Below are positions 47,854-57,036 of a DNA stretch of 64,000 bases, piece after piece (the first letter of the stretch is position 1; each line of letters opens with the position of its first letter). This stretch comes from a virus (lineage: Duplodnaviria > Caudoviricetes), in the IMG/VR virus record IMGVR_UViG_3300033463_000012, one strand, 5' to 3'. Under the pieces are notes generated by a model. The model was not told the DNA's origin and ran no database searches. It saw nothing but the letters and a program-made list of their open reading frames with translations. The position numbers and the translations under genes are program-made.

Positions 47854-48771
47854 ATGGACAAAGAAAAATTGGAAAGAATTCGGGCTGCCAGTGAAGCAAG
47901 AAAAGCCAGAGAGGAAAAGGCAAGGCAGGAAAAGGAAGCTGCAGAAAAAATTGCTCGAGATGAAGAACTAAAACGGAGCAATGCTGCCTGGGAAGCCCGT
48001 GAAGTCAAGGAAAAGGAAGAGGAAGAAAACAGCAGAAAGGAATATGCTTCAGAAGTTTCTGCAGTGGAAAGCAAAGTTCGAGCATTGTTCAAAGAATTTT
48101 CGGAACTTCAAGCTGATTGTGTTGAATATAACAAGTTGTACAAAGAAACTAACAATTGGGATATTGATCCTGATCCAATTGATGTCATTTATGCTGATAA
48201 TAGCGACAAGTTGAAGTATGGACCAGAAGAAAGTGTGCCACTGGATGATCAGGATGTCATTGTAATCAGCACTCCTAATGGTGAAGATTTTTACATGTCT
48301 TGCAAGGATTATGACAGTGATTATTTCTTTACACTTACCGACCGCGTCCTTTATTGCGGGACGGCTCCAGAAGACATTTGGATGATCACTGACACAAGTC
48401 CAGAGTTTTGGCTCGAAGACACTCCAGGTAGATATGTGAAATTCATGAAGGAAAAGGGCGAAGATCCTATCAAGATGCTGGATGAAGTCGAAAGAAGATT
48501 CAATATCATCAAGGACAAAGTCGAATATTTCATAGACGAGAATATGAAGATAATCGAAAAGAAATATGAAGGAGAGGATCTCAATGAATCTGTCGGTTCC
48601 AAGGTCATGAACGCCAAGACAGCCAAGAAATACATGAACAAGATTGCTGACCTGTCCACCGAACTTTCCGAATATGTTTCAGAAAAGGAAGATTGGAATG
48701 ACAGAGTCACACAAAGAGCCGTCAAGTCCTTGAATGGTGCAATTGACCACCTAGAGGATATTGAAGACTAA
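47854..48771 (+). CDS. Hypothetical protein with N-terminal coiled coil
   Basis: GAGG RBS; LNES near the C-terminus. Confidence 0.8.
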   Translation: MDKEKLERIRAASEARKAREEKARQEKEAAEKIARDEELKRSNAAWEAREVKEKEEEENSRKEYASEVSAVESKVRALFKEFSELQADCVEYNKLYKETNNWDIDPDPIDVIYADNSDKLKYGPEESVPLDDQDVIVISTPNGEDFYMSCKDYDSDYFFTLTDRVLYCGTAPEDIWMITDTSPEFWLEDTPGRYVKFMKEKGEDPIKMLDEVERRFNIIKDKVEYFIDENMKIIEKKYEGEDLNESVGSKVMNAKTAKKYMNKIADLSTELSEYVSEKEDWNDRVTQRAVKSLNGAIDHLEDIED

Positions 48772-48817
48772 ATTCAACGTGGGAAATTTTCCACCCCATA
48801 ACAAAAGAGGTAAAACA

Positions 48818-49753
48818 ATGAAAAGAGAATTGATTGAACGTTGGGAACGCCGTCGCGAACTCAAGCGCAAGATTCGCGAATCTGTGCGTGCCGCTCGTCG
48901 GAAGAAGATGCTTGAATCCATCATGGAACGGAAGGAAATCAGCCATAGCCGTCGTCATGGCCTGGCCGAACGTCTTCACGAGTCCTCCAAGCTTCGTCGG
49001 GAACGTCTCCTGGAAGCCCTGAAGGAACGTCGAAAGAGCCGTCTCGCCGAAGCCGTTGAACGTCGGAAGGCTCATCGCCTCGCCGAAGCCCTCCGTGAAC
49101 GTCGTCGTGCTCGCCTGACCGAAAGCCGGTTTGGTGGTCGTCGCGTCATTGATGGTTCTTCCCGTGGTTTCCGTCGTGAGGACGAATCCCTTGACCTTGA
49201 CAGCAAGCTGAGCCGCAAGTCTCGCATTGCCGCCCTTCTCAACAAGCGTCGCGATTTCACTCGTGGCTATGATGAAGATTGGGAAGATGATGATCTGGAC
49301 GAATCCCGCAAGGAACGTCGCCAGCGCATCATGGAAAAGATCAAGGAACTTCGCAGCAAGAAGGCCCTGAAGGAAGACGAACTGGATGTCGAAATCCAGG
49401 ACGACACTCTCCCCATGGACCCTGAAGCCACGCCCGATGAACTCGGTGCCGATTCAGTTGACGGTGAAGAACTTGACGCTGACCTCCTTCTCGGTGAATC
49501 CAAGGAAGTCAAGGCCGACATCAAGCAGCTCAATGAATCCAAGCGTTTCCAGACTTTGATCAACAAGTATCTTTCCGAAGGCGTCCTTGAAGAATCCAAG
49601 AAGGAAGACAAGGAAGACAAGGAAGACAAGGAAGACGAAGAAAAGGAATGCAAGGACGGCAAGTGCAAGGACAAGAAGGACGACAAGGCCACCGCCAAGA
49701 AGTCCGTCAAGGAAAAGGTCCAGGCCTGCAAGGAATGCAAGTCCAAGAAGTAG
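48818..49753 (+). CDS. Highly charged R/E-rich protein, putative prohead core/scaffold or internal protein
   Basis: More than 10 (L/I)-x-E sites; strong codon bias; CTAAAT at 48768. Confidence 0.6.
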   Translation: MKRELIERWERRRELKRKIRESVRAARRKKMLESIMERKEISHSRRHGLAERLHESSKLRRERLLEALKERRKSRLAEAVERRKAHRLAEALRERRRARLTESRFGGRRVIDGSSRGFRREDESLDLDSKLSRKSRIAALLNKRRDFTRGYDEDWEDDDLDESRKERRQRIMEKIKELRSKKALKEDELDVEIQDDTLPMDPEATPDELGADSVDGEELDADLLLGESKEVKADIKQLNESKRFQTLINKYLSEGVLEESKKEDKEDKEDKEDEEKECKDGKCKDKKDDKATAKKSVKEKVQACKECKSKK

Positions 49754-49801
49754 TCCTATTGTATCACTGCCGAAAACAGAATAAGGCATGATCAAAGGAC
49801 G

Positions 49802-49830
49802 GGAGGGCTCGAAAGGGCCCTCCTTTTTTT
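49802..49830 (+). terminator. Rho-independent terminator
   Basis: GGAGGGCTC-GAAA-GGGCCCTCC-TTTTTTT. Confidence 0.85.
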
Positions 49831-49846
49831 GAAAAAAGTTGTACAA

Positions 49847-49871
49847 TTTGGCCGAAAAGTTATTATATTAT
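49847..49871 (+). promoter_or_regulatory. Early-type phage promoter motif
   Basis: TTTGGCCGAAAAGTTATTATATTAT, identical to 15775-15799. Confidence 0.8.
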
Positions 49872-49898
49872 ACCTAGAACCCAATCAGGAGGCATCCT

Positions 49899-50078
49899 AT
49901 GGAAATCATCTACCGAGCCCTCGACCTCTCGATCATCTTCGCCATCTGGCTTGTCAGCGGGTGCATCGCGGTGGCCATTTTCGACAAAATCGGGAAGAAA
50001 TTGGCCGAACGGAGGCACAGGAAGGAACTGGTCCGCCGAGCCGTTTGGATGACCTGTCGCAACAAAGGGAGGATTTAA
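49899..50078 (+). CDS. Small membrane protein (59 aa, below ORF-track cutoff)
   Basis: AGGAGG RBS; MEIIYRALDLSIIFAIWLVSGCIAVAIF. Confidence 0.7.
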   Translation: MEIIYRALDLSIIFAIWLVSGCIAVAIFDKIGKKLAERRHRKELVRRAVWMTCRNKGRI

Positions 50079-50079
50079 C

Positions 50080-50190
50080 ATGAGCGATCAACCGCAGAAA
50101 CCCCAGCCGGAAAGAAGGAATCCCTACCCCAAGTGGACCCCTCAGTGGGTGAACTGGAACATCATTCACAACCACGGGAAGATGAGATGA
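50080..50190 (+). CDS. Small hypothetical protein (36 aa)
   Basis: GGAGG RBS; MSDQPQK...; ATGA overlap with the next gene. Confidence 0.55.
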   Translation: MSDQPQKPQPERRNPYPKWTPQWVNWNIIHNHGKMR

Positions 50191-50429
50191 GCAACGCGGA
50201 CATCAGATTCATCGTCTTCGGAATTTCCTGTTTCATTCTCGGAGTTTCCCTAGCCAAGTATTTCATCACTTCCGCGTATCTGAAGAAGATGGAGGAAGAA
50301 GGAATGGAGGCCTTCACGGAAGGGCTGCTCAAAGCCGCAGAGAAGACCAATTCCATGACGCTCGAGGAATTCAAGGAAACGTTCGGAATCAGTCTCGAAG
50401 TAAAGGAAAAGGAGGATGATCATGAGTGA
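50187..50429 (+). CDS. Small membrane protein
   Basis: FIVFGISCFILGVSLA segment. Confidence 0.7.
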   Translation: MSNADIRFIVFGISCFILGVSLAKYFITSAYLKKMEEEGMEAFTEGLLKAAEKTNSMTLEEFKETFGISLEVKEKEDDHE

Positions 50430-50712
50430 AGAATTTCATTTCGACGTGAGTCAGTGGGCGGATGAGCCCCTCGCCATTGTTCCTCTGCCCAAGCCGAAGA
50501 AAGGGGAAAAGAAGAAGGAATGGTCGCCAGATGATCCCAATCGTCCGAAGAATCCTTGGGAACCGGGTGGGGACGAATACTCGAACTACCTCAACAAGAA
50601 AATCAGGGAAAAGCCCGATTGGATGCAAAAGAGCGATGAGAATCCTCCCAACATTATGGAAATCATCAAGAAGATTGAGGAACGGGTTGGAAAGGACTTC
50701 ATGAAAATCTGA
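50422..50712 (+). CDS. Hypothetical protein
   Basis: GGAGG RBS. Confidence 0.7.
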   Translation: MSEEFHFDVSQWADEPLAIVPLPKPKKGEKKKEWSPDDPNRPKNPWEPGGDEYSNYLNKKIREKPDWMQKSDENPPNIMEIIKKIEERVGKDFMKI

Positions 50713-50718
50713 AAGAAC

Positions 50719-50746
50719 AAGGGGGACCACGAAGGTCCCCCTTTTC
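50719..50746. terminator. Terminator between convergent genes
   Basis: AAGGGGGACC-loop-GGTCCCCCTTTT. Confidence 0.85.
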
Positions 50747-50765
50747 ATATCGCCTCTAATTCGAA

Positions 50766-51794
50766 CTAGGTGTTTTCTTCGAAGCAGTCCATGCAGACCT
50801 CTTCGGTTCCGTCGTCAGTTTCGATTTCCTTGCATTCTTCGTCAGAGAAAATCTTGGAGCCACAAAGGGCGCAGCAGCACTTGACCCGAGGACGGAATCC
50901 TTCAAGAACTGGCCGAGGACGAATTGATTCATTCAGGTTGTCGATGATGCTTTCAATTCTGTCCAAGGCGTATTTCCAACCACGATATTCATAGCTGGAT
51001 TTGTCAGAGGGTTGGTTTCTCAGCAATTCCTTGTAGAATGCGACAGGACGTCTGATTGCCTTTCCGGGGTCAGTGATTTTGTTTATCTGCTGGTTCAGAA
51101 GGTCGACATAATGATACCAGTCACGGGCTCTGCCGACTGCATCACTGGCTCTCATTTCGTCCTTAGGTTCGATATAGGTCTTGTTCACAATCTTCTGAAT
51201 GTGGTCGAACTTGCGTTCCTTTTCCTGTCTTTCGGCCCTTTCCTTGGCTTCGGCTTCCGCCTTCGCCTTGGCTTCCTGTTCACCCTTGACACGATTGTAA
51301 CGCTGGTCACGGGTTTCTTCAGGGTTCCAATTGCGGGTCATCTTTCTGCCCTTCAGATATTCATAAAGCCAATAGCAGTCAGCAACGGTCACTGCATAGT
51401 CCTTGGCGTTTCGGTCGAGATAGGGAACAACAGTAAGGTTCTGTCTGTTCCAATCTCCAAGGTCATCGTCGTTCATGTTGATCTTGACGACCTGCTTGAC
51501 CTTGTTGCCTAGCCATTCCTTGAACTTGTTTTCGTCGAATGTGTATTCGTAATTTTCATATTTCAACCATTCTTCCGGGATGTCATACCATTTCGACCCA
51601 TATCCCTTTTCACTAGATTTGATAGTGAACTCGATGCCCTGAGGAACTTTTTCATAATCGCAAAGGTTCCAATATTTTTCCATGCGAGGGCTGTTTTCCC
51701 AAATGCCGTCCGAGAGCTGACCGAACACCGAACTGATAATGTCATAATAGACGGGGTCCTTTAGCGGGAGGACGAACTTGTATTCTGTTGCCAT
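50766..51794 (-). CDS. Hypothetical multi-module late protein
   Basis: GGAG RBS; LNESIRPRPVLEG linker then a CxxC...CxxC module. Confidence 0.8.
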   Translation of the reverse strand: MATEYKFVLPLKDPVYYDIISSVFGQLSDGIWENSPRMEKYWNLCDYEKVPQGIEFTIKSSEKGYGSKWYDIPEEWLKYENYEYTFDENKFKEWLGNKVKQVVKINMNDDDLGDWNRQNLTVVPYLDRNAKDYAVTVADCYWLYEYLKGRKMTRNWNPEETRDQRYNRVKGEQEAKAKAEAEAKERAERQEKERKFDHIQKIVNKTYIEPKDEMRASDAVGRARDWYHYVDLLNQQINKITDPGKAIRRPVAFYKELLRNQPSDKSSYEYRGWKYALDRIESIIDNLNESIRPRPVLEGFRPRVKCCCALCGSKIFSDEECKEIETDDGTEEVCMDCFEENT

Positions 51795-51819
51795 ATCTTT
51801 TCTCCATTAATGGTTAAAA

Positions 51820-51928
51820 CTGTCCCACAGCTACAGGGATGACTTCTGGTTCATTTTCCTCAAGGGTAAGTAAAAGATACTAGCCAGAGGTAAAACTGTC
51901 TCAGAATGGCTCCTAGAAGCTGATAGAC
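51820..51928. repeat. Dispersed palindromic element, copy E
   Basis: CTGTCCCACA..., GGATGACTTCTG arm, CAAGGGTA..TACTAG core, TGTCTCAGAATG arm. Confidence 0.7.
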
Positions 51929-52074
51929 AAAATCCTTGGACATTGAATTTAGCCAATGATTTTACAATCAGTTGGCACATTAGCTATATTATATACGGGT
52001 GCAGATTGGCCCACCCATCATTAACCCGGGGTTGCCACACCGGGCCAGTCTGCACTCATTTAAAAGAGGACGAT

Positions 52075-52722
52075 ATGGTTGACACCAAAAGCGAATTCAC
52101 CGAAGAGGAATTGGAACAGGCGATCAAAAATCTCACATCGATCATCAAGGGAAAACCGGCGGACAACGCAAACAATTTCGCCGGATTCGTTGATCAGATA
52201 CTTTGGCCTGAGTTCAAACAAATCAAAGACAAGGTCGGGCTGTTCGGTTTCATCAACGGGGAATCCTGCACGGCTTGTACCCAGTATTTGAAGAATCTGA
52301 AAAATCTCGGAAGTCTCAAATCCAAGATGACATTGGTTCTGCTCATGAAAAATCACATGAGTGAAGTTCTGGGGACTGACGGGGTCACTGTTCCATTCAC
52401 GCGAATCTACAATGGCGGAAGTGAGCCGATTTGGGAAGTCCAAGGTGTTCTCTATTCAACTCAGATTGAAAGTCTCTACAAGGCATACAAGACCTTGTCC
52501 GATGGTTCCAATTACCACACGATGGACGAATTCAAGGTGTTTTCGGCCAAGTCGAAGGTAATGGACGTTCAGGCGTTTCAGGTCAAGGAATTCGTCAATA
52601 TGGACATCATGGGCAAGACCGTGGTCGCGCGCCCAGGTCAATATGTGGTTTTCTGGAGACACTCCGGAGCTGTCGACGTGATGGACGAAACCGAATTCGA
52701 CAGTAGGTTCGATAGGGTTTGA
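52075..52722 (+). CDS. Thioredoxin-fold-like protein
   Basis: CTAC motif and downstream VPF. Confidence 0.55.
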   Translation: MVDTKSEFTEEELEQAIKNLTSIIKGKPADNANNFAGFVDQILWPEFKQIKDKVGLFGFINGESCTACTQYLKNLKNLGSLKSKMTLVLLMKNHMSEVLGTDGVTVPFTRIYNGGSEPIWEVQGVLYSTQIESLYKAYKTLSDGSNYHTMDEFKVFSAKSKVMDVQAFQVKEFVNMDIMGKTVVARPGQYVVFWRHSGAVDVMDETEFDSRFDRV

Positions 52723-52774
52723 AAGCTAAATTGAATAGAAGTTTAAATGCACGATGAAGTGCAAAAGGATTATT

Positions 52775-53419
52775 ATGGAAAAGAAATATGAACTTACAGA
52801 TGAGACAATGGAATTTTATGATGCTGTTCCTCATATTCTTCATAGAATCAGAGCCCTCAAGGACTTCACCCTCAATGGCTACGCGGGTGATGTTAAGGCC
52901 GGGGATCTTGGTGGCTGGATTGAATCTGAGGATAATCTGAGTCAAGATGGCAAGTGTTGGGTAGGGGAAAATGCCAAAGTATATGGAGGAGCCAAGGTAT
53001 ACGAAGATGCCCTGGTTAGTAATATTGCAGTGGTTTCTGAAAATGCCAAGGTATACGGGAAGGCCAAGGTGTGCAGATGGTCCCAGTTGCACGGAAATGC
53101 GGATGTTTCGGGAAATGCTTTTGTGCATGGAAATGCTCATGTATATGAGAATGCCGAAGTATATGGACATGCCGATGTATACGATAACGCCCAAATATAT
53201 GGAAATGCTAGTGTATCTGAAAATGTCTATGTGTATGGAGATGCACAGGTGTTTGGAGATGCTAAGGTTTCCGGTGACATCTGGATTCATGAAGATGCAT
53301 ATGTACAAGGTAATACAAATTTGGATGATTCGTTTGGTAAGTTGGACATCCGCGGTAATGCAAACATTAAATCGGATAAAGATATTGACAAACCCGAAGA
53401 AAGAAGGACATTTCGTTAG
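52775..53419 (+). CDS. Left-handed beta-helix (hexapeptide repeat) protein
   Basis: KYELT...RIRALKDF...GDLGGWIE...NLSQ..CWV then (V/I)YGNAx repeats. Confidence 0.9.
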   Translation: MEKKYELTDETMEFYDAVPHILHRIRALKDFTLNGYAGDVKAGDLGGWIESEDNLSQDGKCWVGENAKVYGGAKVYEDALVSNIAVVSENAKVYGKAKVCRWSQLHGNADVSGNAFVHGNAHVYENAEVYGHADVYDNAQIYGNASVSENVYVYGDAQVFGDAKVSGDIWIHEDAYVQGNTNLDDSFGKLDIRGNANIKSDKDIDKPEERRTFR

Positions 53420-53437
53420 GCAAAAAGAGGTATCACA

Positions 53438-53872
53438 GTGAGACCAGCGTACAATGTGAAGAATGGAATAGCGGACCTCATTGTGGCCACTGTTCCTGAA
53501 TTTCCTGAAGTGATGTTCAACAATCGCAAGACGTTGGACAAGATAGAAGGCGCCAACCTTGCCCATGCTGTTGACCATCACAACACCGAGGACAACACAG
53601 GGAAACGCATTGACATCGAAAAATGTTCAGATGACATGTTTTCCTTCGCTGACCAGATTGTTGACGTGCTGAAGGAAGTGAAATCCGTGGACGAGATGAA
53701 GGAATTGCTGGGAATGATGAGCGTGAAGGACTACATTGACTACATAACCGTGTTGTTTCCAATGATACGTCAACGAGAAAGACCTGCCGTCACGTATCAT
53801 TATGACAGGGAATTCAGAAAATTCTTGAATCTTGAAAGTGTACAAAGGTCCTTGAACTTGATCGAGGACTAA
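53438..53872 (+). CDS. Hypothetical protein
   Basis: GAGG RBS, GTG start. Confidence 0.7.
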   Translation: MRPAYNVKNGIADLIVATVPEFPEVMFNNRKTLDKIEGANLAHAVDHHNTEDNTGKRIDIEKCSDDMFSFADQIVDVLKEVKSVDEMKELLGMMSVKDYIDYITVLFPMIRQRERPAVTYHYDREFRKFLNLESVQRSLNLIED

Positions 53873-53898
53873 ATTAAACAAACATTTAGGAGCATAAA

Positions 53899-54384
53899 AT
53901 GGACAAAGCAAAAGTAATGGACGTATTCGAAGACGACAAGAGATTCGACGGGGACAAGATTTGGCGCCGGGTGTTCAGAAACCTTGAACCTGACGAAGGA
54001 TATGATGTCCTCAAGGCTTCATTCGGGGACGAGGACGTGACCCGGTTCCCTGATTCCGAAAAGCCGAAGTTCCCTGGTTCCGCGTTCGACAAATTCACTG
54101 ATGCCCTGGCCGAAAAGATCGCCACTTTCAAGGACATTGACGAAGCGAGCGAAGACCTGGAATTCGACATTGAACTTGACGTTTTGGACAAGTTGGAACC
54201 CACCGTGATCGAAATCAATGACAAGAACATGGTCGATCATGCTGACGCCAGAATCGTAAATGAAGTAAATGAACTGAAGGAAGCGATCGAAAACAATGAC
54301 AATTGGAAGGGAATCCTCAATGGTGACTTCTCCTTGTTCATTGAAGAATTGAAGGAATTCGTCGACACTTGGGAAGTTGATTAA
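53899..54384 (+). CDS. Hypothetical acidic late protein
   Basis: CTAAAT at 53869; AGGAG RBS. Confidence 0.8.
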   Translation: MDKAKVMDVFEDDKRFDGDKIWRRVFRNLEPDEGYDVLKASFGDEDVTRFPDSEKPKFPGSAFDKFTDALAEKIATFKDIDEASEDLEFDIELDVLDKLEPTVIEINDKNMVDHADARIVNEVNELKEAIENNDNWKGILNGDFSLFIEELKEFVDTWEVD

Positions 54385-54393
54385 GGAGAACCA

Positions 54394-54699
54394 ATGATCC
54401 CTGGCTACATCACATTCATGGAATCAAAGTCCACTTCGGCCATGTTCTTGGATTCGGAGATTCGGCTCATAAAGAAATACTGCAATGACAATGACGGCAT
54501 TGTTCGCTTCAATTTCATCGGGGATTCACAGGTCGCCAATATGCAGTTCGGGCCCTCGCTTTATGACCGGGTGGAATTGATCAGACGTCCGGATTGCTAC
54601 AGATTGAGAATGAAATCCAATGACATAGACACAAAGCCGGTCAGCGAGGATTTCAAATCGTTCAAGGAAGCGCTGAAGTTCCTTGAGGAGGAAAGTTAG
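54394..54699 (+). CDS. Hypothetical protein
   Basis: AAGGAG RBS; begins MIPGYITFMES. Confidence 0.75.
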   Translation: MIPGYITFMESKSTSAMFLDSEIRLIKKYCNDNDGIVRFNFIGDSQVANMQFGPSLYDRVELIRRPDCYRLRMKSNDIDTKPVSEDFKSFKEALKFLEEES

Positions 54700-54700
54700 G

Positions 54701-56284
54701 ATGAAGGAAAATGTTGTAATTTTCGCGTCCCCGCTATTGGGCAAGCTCGTAAAAACCCACCTCAGGATTTATACTGAGCTATTGGAACGCGGGGTCAAGG
54801 TTTATTCAATTGACTGCCGAACCGCAAAGGTCCTTGAACCAGGGAAGATTCAGGGCAAGGTCGCCAAGATGGAAGGGGATCAGATCATCGAATTCGACCC
54901 CAATTGCACTGCCTGTGTGGTTTCCAATGGCATAGTCGGAAACAAACATGCTTCCGAGTTCGTTGATGACCTGGAGGACATGGGCGTCTATGTGGTCAAT
55001 TCCCTGGAAGGCATCAACATCGCCAGAAACAAGGAAAACTACGACCGCATTTGCAAGAAGTTCGACATTCCGGCACCCAAGACGGTTTTGGTCACAAACC
55101 CTGGACAACTTGAAACAGTCCTTCCTGAATTCAATTTCCCGATTGTTTGCAAGACCACCACTGGTTCCTTGGGTGTAGGTGTCTTCAAGGTCGACAAGGC
55201 GTCCCTGGTCAAGCCGATATTCCAGGCCATGTGGAAACTCAATCCCGACTTGAAGAACGACGGCATTCTCATTCAGGAATTCGTTCCCAATCATGGTGAC
55301 ATCAGAACGATTGTCGTCGGTGGAAACATCGTCGGTTCAATGAAGAGAATTGCAAAGGAAGGGGATTTCCGTAACAACTTCTCCCAGGGCGGTTCAGTGG
55401 AAAACTATGCACCGTCCTATGAAGAACAGCAGGTAATCCTGAAAGCCGCGAAACATTCCAAGTGCGAAATCTGCGGTGTTGACCATATCCTGGCGGAAGA
55501 TGGAAAGCCCTATGTTATCGAAGTGAACTCCTGCCCCGGGACCGATGGCTTCAAGCAGGTCCACCCGGAAGTCATTGAACGCATGGCCGACTTCGTCCTT
55601 TCCAAGTGCAAGGAATCGACCAAGACCCGGATTATCGGAGCCATGGAAAAGGTCGACCTGGAGGAAATCGGGGAACTTGAAGCCCTGATGGACATGAGTG
55701 AACGGCAGAATTCAGTTTTGGACGCACGGGACATTGACCTTGATGACCAGTTCGTGACCTTCACCTCCAACCAGAGACGGGTCAAACTTCCGGTCCATGA
55801 CGTGAACACCTACATCGTGAACGGGAACTACAGAAAGGTTCCTGTGGTCAAGCTGGACATGAAGATGGGCGGAACCACTTTCGAAAACATTTCCTTTGAA
55901 TTGGTGAACCGCGAAAACAAGAAGACCCCGGTCCTCCTGTCCAAGTCCTTCCTTACTGGTCATAAATACCTTATTGACCCGAACAAGACCAACTCGCTCC
56001 TGAAGGAATCCGTGGAAGAGGATTTGGACGCCGAAATGCTGGACGAACCGAGTGCCTCCTTCTCCCCGGATTTGTCGGACGAAGCCCTGGTCGCCCTGTT
56101 CTCGCTCACGCAGAAGGGTCCGGTCGAGGAAAAGCCATTGACTCAAGCAGCGATCGATGAACTGAAAATGCACGAATTCATCACCGAAGACAACGAACTC
56201 ACCGAAGGCGCCTGGGAATACCTGACTTCGGATGCATCAGTTGAACGTTTGGAAAATCTGCGCAATGGCATGGAAGAGGCATAA
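54701..56284 (+). CDS. RimK-family ATP-grasp ligase fused to a degenerate aspartic-protease-like domain and an acidic tail
   Basis: PKT, FPIVCK..GSLGVGV, IQEFV, DIR, FRNNFSQGG, GVD, IEVNSCPG; second domain ALMDMS...PVLLSKSFL. Confidence 0.88.
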   Translation: MKENVVIFASPLLGKLVKTHLRIYTELLERGVKVYSIDCRTAKVLEPGKIQGKVAKMEGDQIIEFDPNCTACVVSNGIVGNKHASEFVDDLEDMGVYVVNSLEGINIARNKENYDRICKKFDIPAPKTVLVTNPGQLETVLPEFNFPIVCKTTTGSLGVGVFKVDKASLVKPIFQAMWKLNPDLKNDGILIQEFVPNHGDIRTIVVGGNIVGSMKRIAKEGDFRNNFSQGGSVENYAPSYEEQQVILKAAKHSKCEICGVDHILAEDGKPYVIEVNSCPGTDGFKQVHPEVIERMADFVLSKCKESTKTRIIGAMEKVDLEEIGELEALMDMSERQNSVLDARDIDLDDQFVTFTSNQRRVKLPVHDVNTYIVNGNYRKVPVVKLDMKMGGTTFENISFELVNRENKKTPVLLSKSFLTGHKYLIDPNKTNSLLKESVEEDLDAEMLDEPSASFSPDLSDEALVALFSLTQKGPVEEKPLTQAAIDELKMHEFITEDNELTEGAWEYLTSDASVERLENLRNGMEEA

Positions 56285-56295
56285 GGAGCAACTGG

Positions 56296-56655
56296 ATGGC
56301 AGATCGTAAGGACCAAGTTTCAGATGTCGTGATGGCTGTTTTGATCCGCAAGTTGTTGAAGCCAGCGGGACAGACCAAGGCATTTCGCTTGGGCCTTATT
56401 GACAACCAAGGACATCAACTGCGGGAACCGAAGAATCAGACCGAAGCCAACGAAATAACCTCGTTCGACAAGCTGGTCTGGAAACTTCAACGAATGCTCG
56501 GTCCTCGTGTGAATCAGCTCGCCCAGTTTGCCTACATGAATTCGTTCCCAGAGGAAATCGAAAAATATCTCTATGCTCGTGGGTCGATTTGGAGCAGAAC
56601 GCAGGTACAGAGAGCAAAGAAGGACTTGGAGAAATTCGATCAAAAAGGAAGATAA
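56296..56655 (+). CDS. Conserved T4-like hypothetical protein
   Basis: AFRLGLID..G..L..P...FDKLVWKLQRML resembles a common T4-like family; function not assignable. Confidence 0.7.
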   Translation: MADRKDQVSDVVMAVLIRKLLKPAGQTKAFRLGLIDNQGHQLREPKNQTEANEITSFDKLVWKLQRMLGPRVNQLAQFAYMNSFPEEIEKYLYARGSIWSRTQVQRAKKDLEKFDQKGR

Positions 56656-56661
56656 AACAGG

Positions 56662-57036
56662 ATGCACATCTATCGTAATTTCAAACTAACCGAAAAGAAA
56701 AAGCCAGTCAGCAGGACAGTGGCTGTAAATGCATCCTGGAAGGCGATCCTTACTGAACGCGGAATGATCATTCAGCGTTTGCTCGGGGACGAAAGATTGA
56801 AATTGGCCGACATCAACTATCCTTCCATGGTGGAAAACGTGATGGAATTGATCGAGGACGGAGATGAATATTCACTTGAAAACATAGCTGATGACTATGT
56901 TGACCTTCTGGACATTCTTGAACAATCGAAAAACTATATGAAGGAAAGTGTATACAATAGGACAAGAACGGACGTAGAGGACATTCTTGCCCTGATCGAT
57001 GAAGGAAATGAATGGAAGGAGAGGAAGGAAACATAG
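56662..57036 (+). CDS. Hypothetical protein
   Basis: Operon packing; FKLTE near the N-terminus. Confidence 0.75.
   Translation: MHIYRNFKLTEKKKPVSRTVAVNASWKAILTERGMIIQRLLGDERLKLADINYPSMVENVMELIEDGDEYSLENIADDYVDLLDILEQSKNYMKESVYNRTRTDVEDILALIDEGNEWKERKET

Noticed and set aside
49590-49640. Tandem 9-bp repeat AAGGAAGAC
   Set aside because: Low-complexity KED coding repeat; same explanation for the Gly-rich repeats at the portal C-terminus and the acidic run in 24240-25295.
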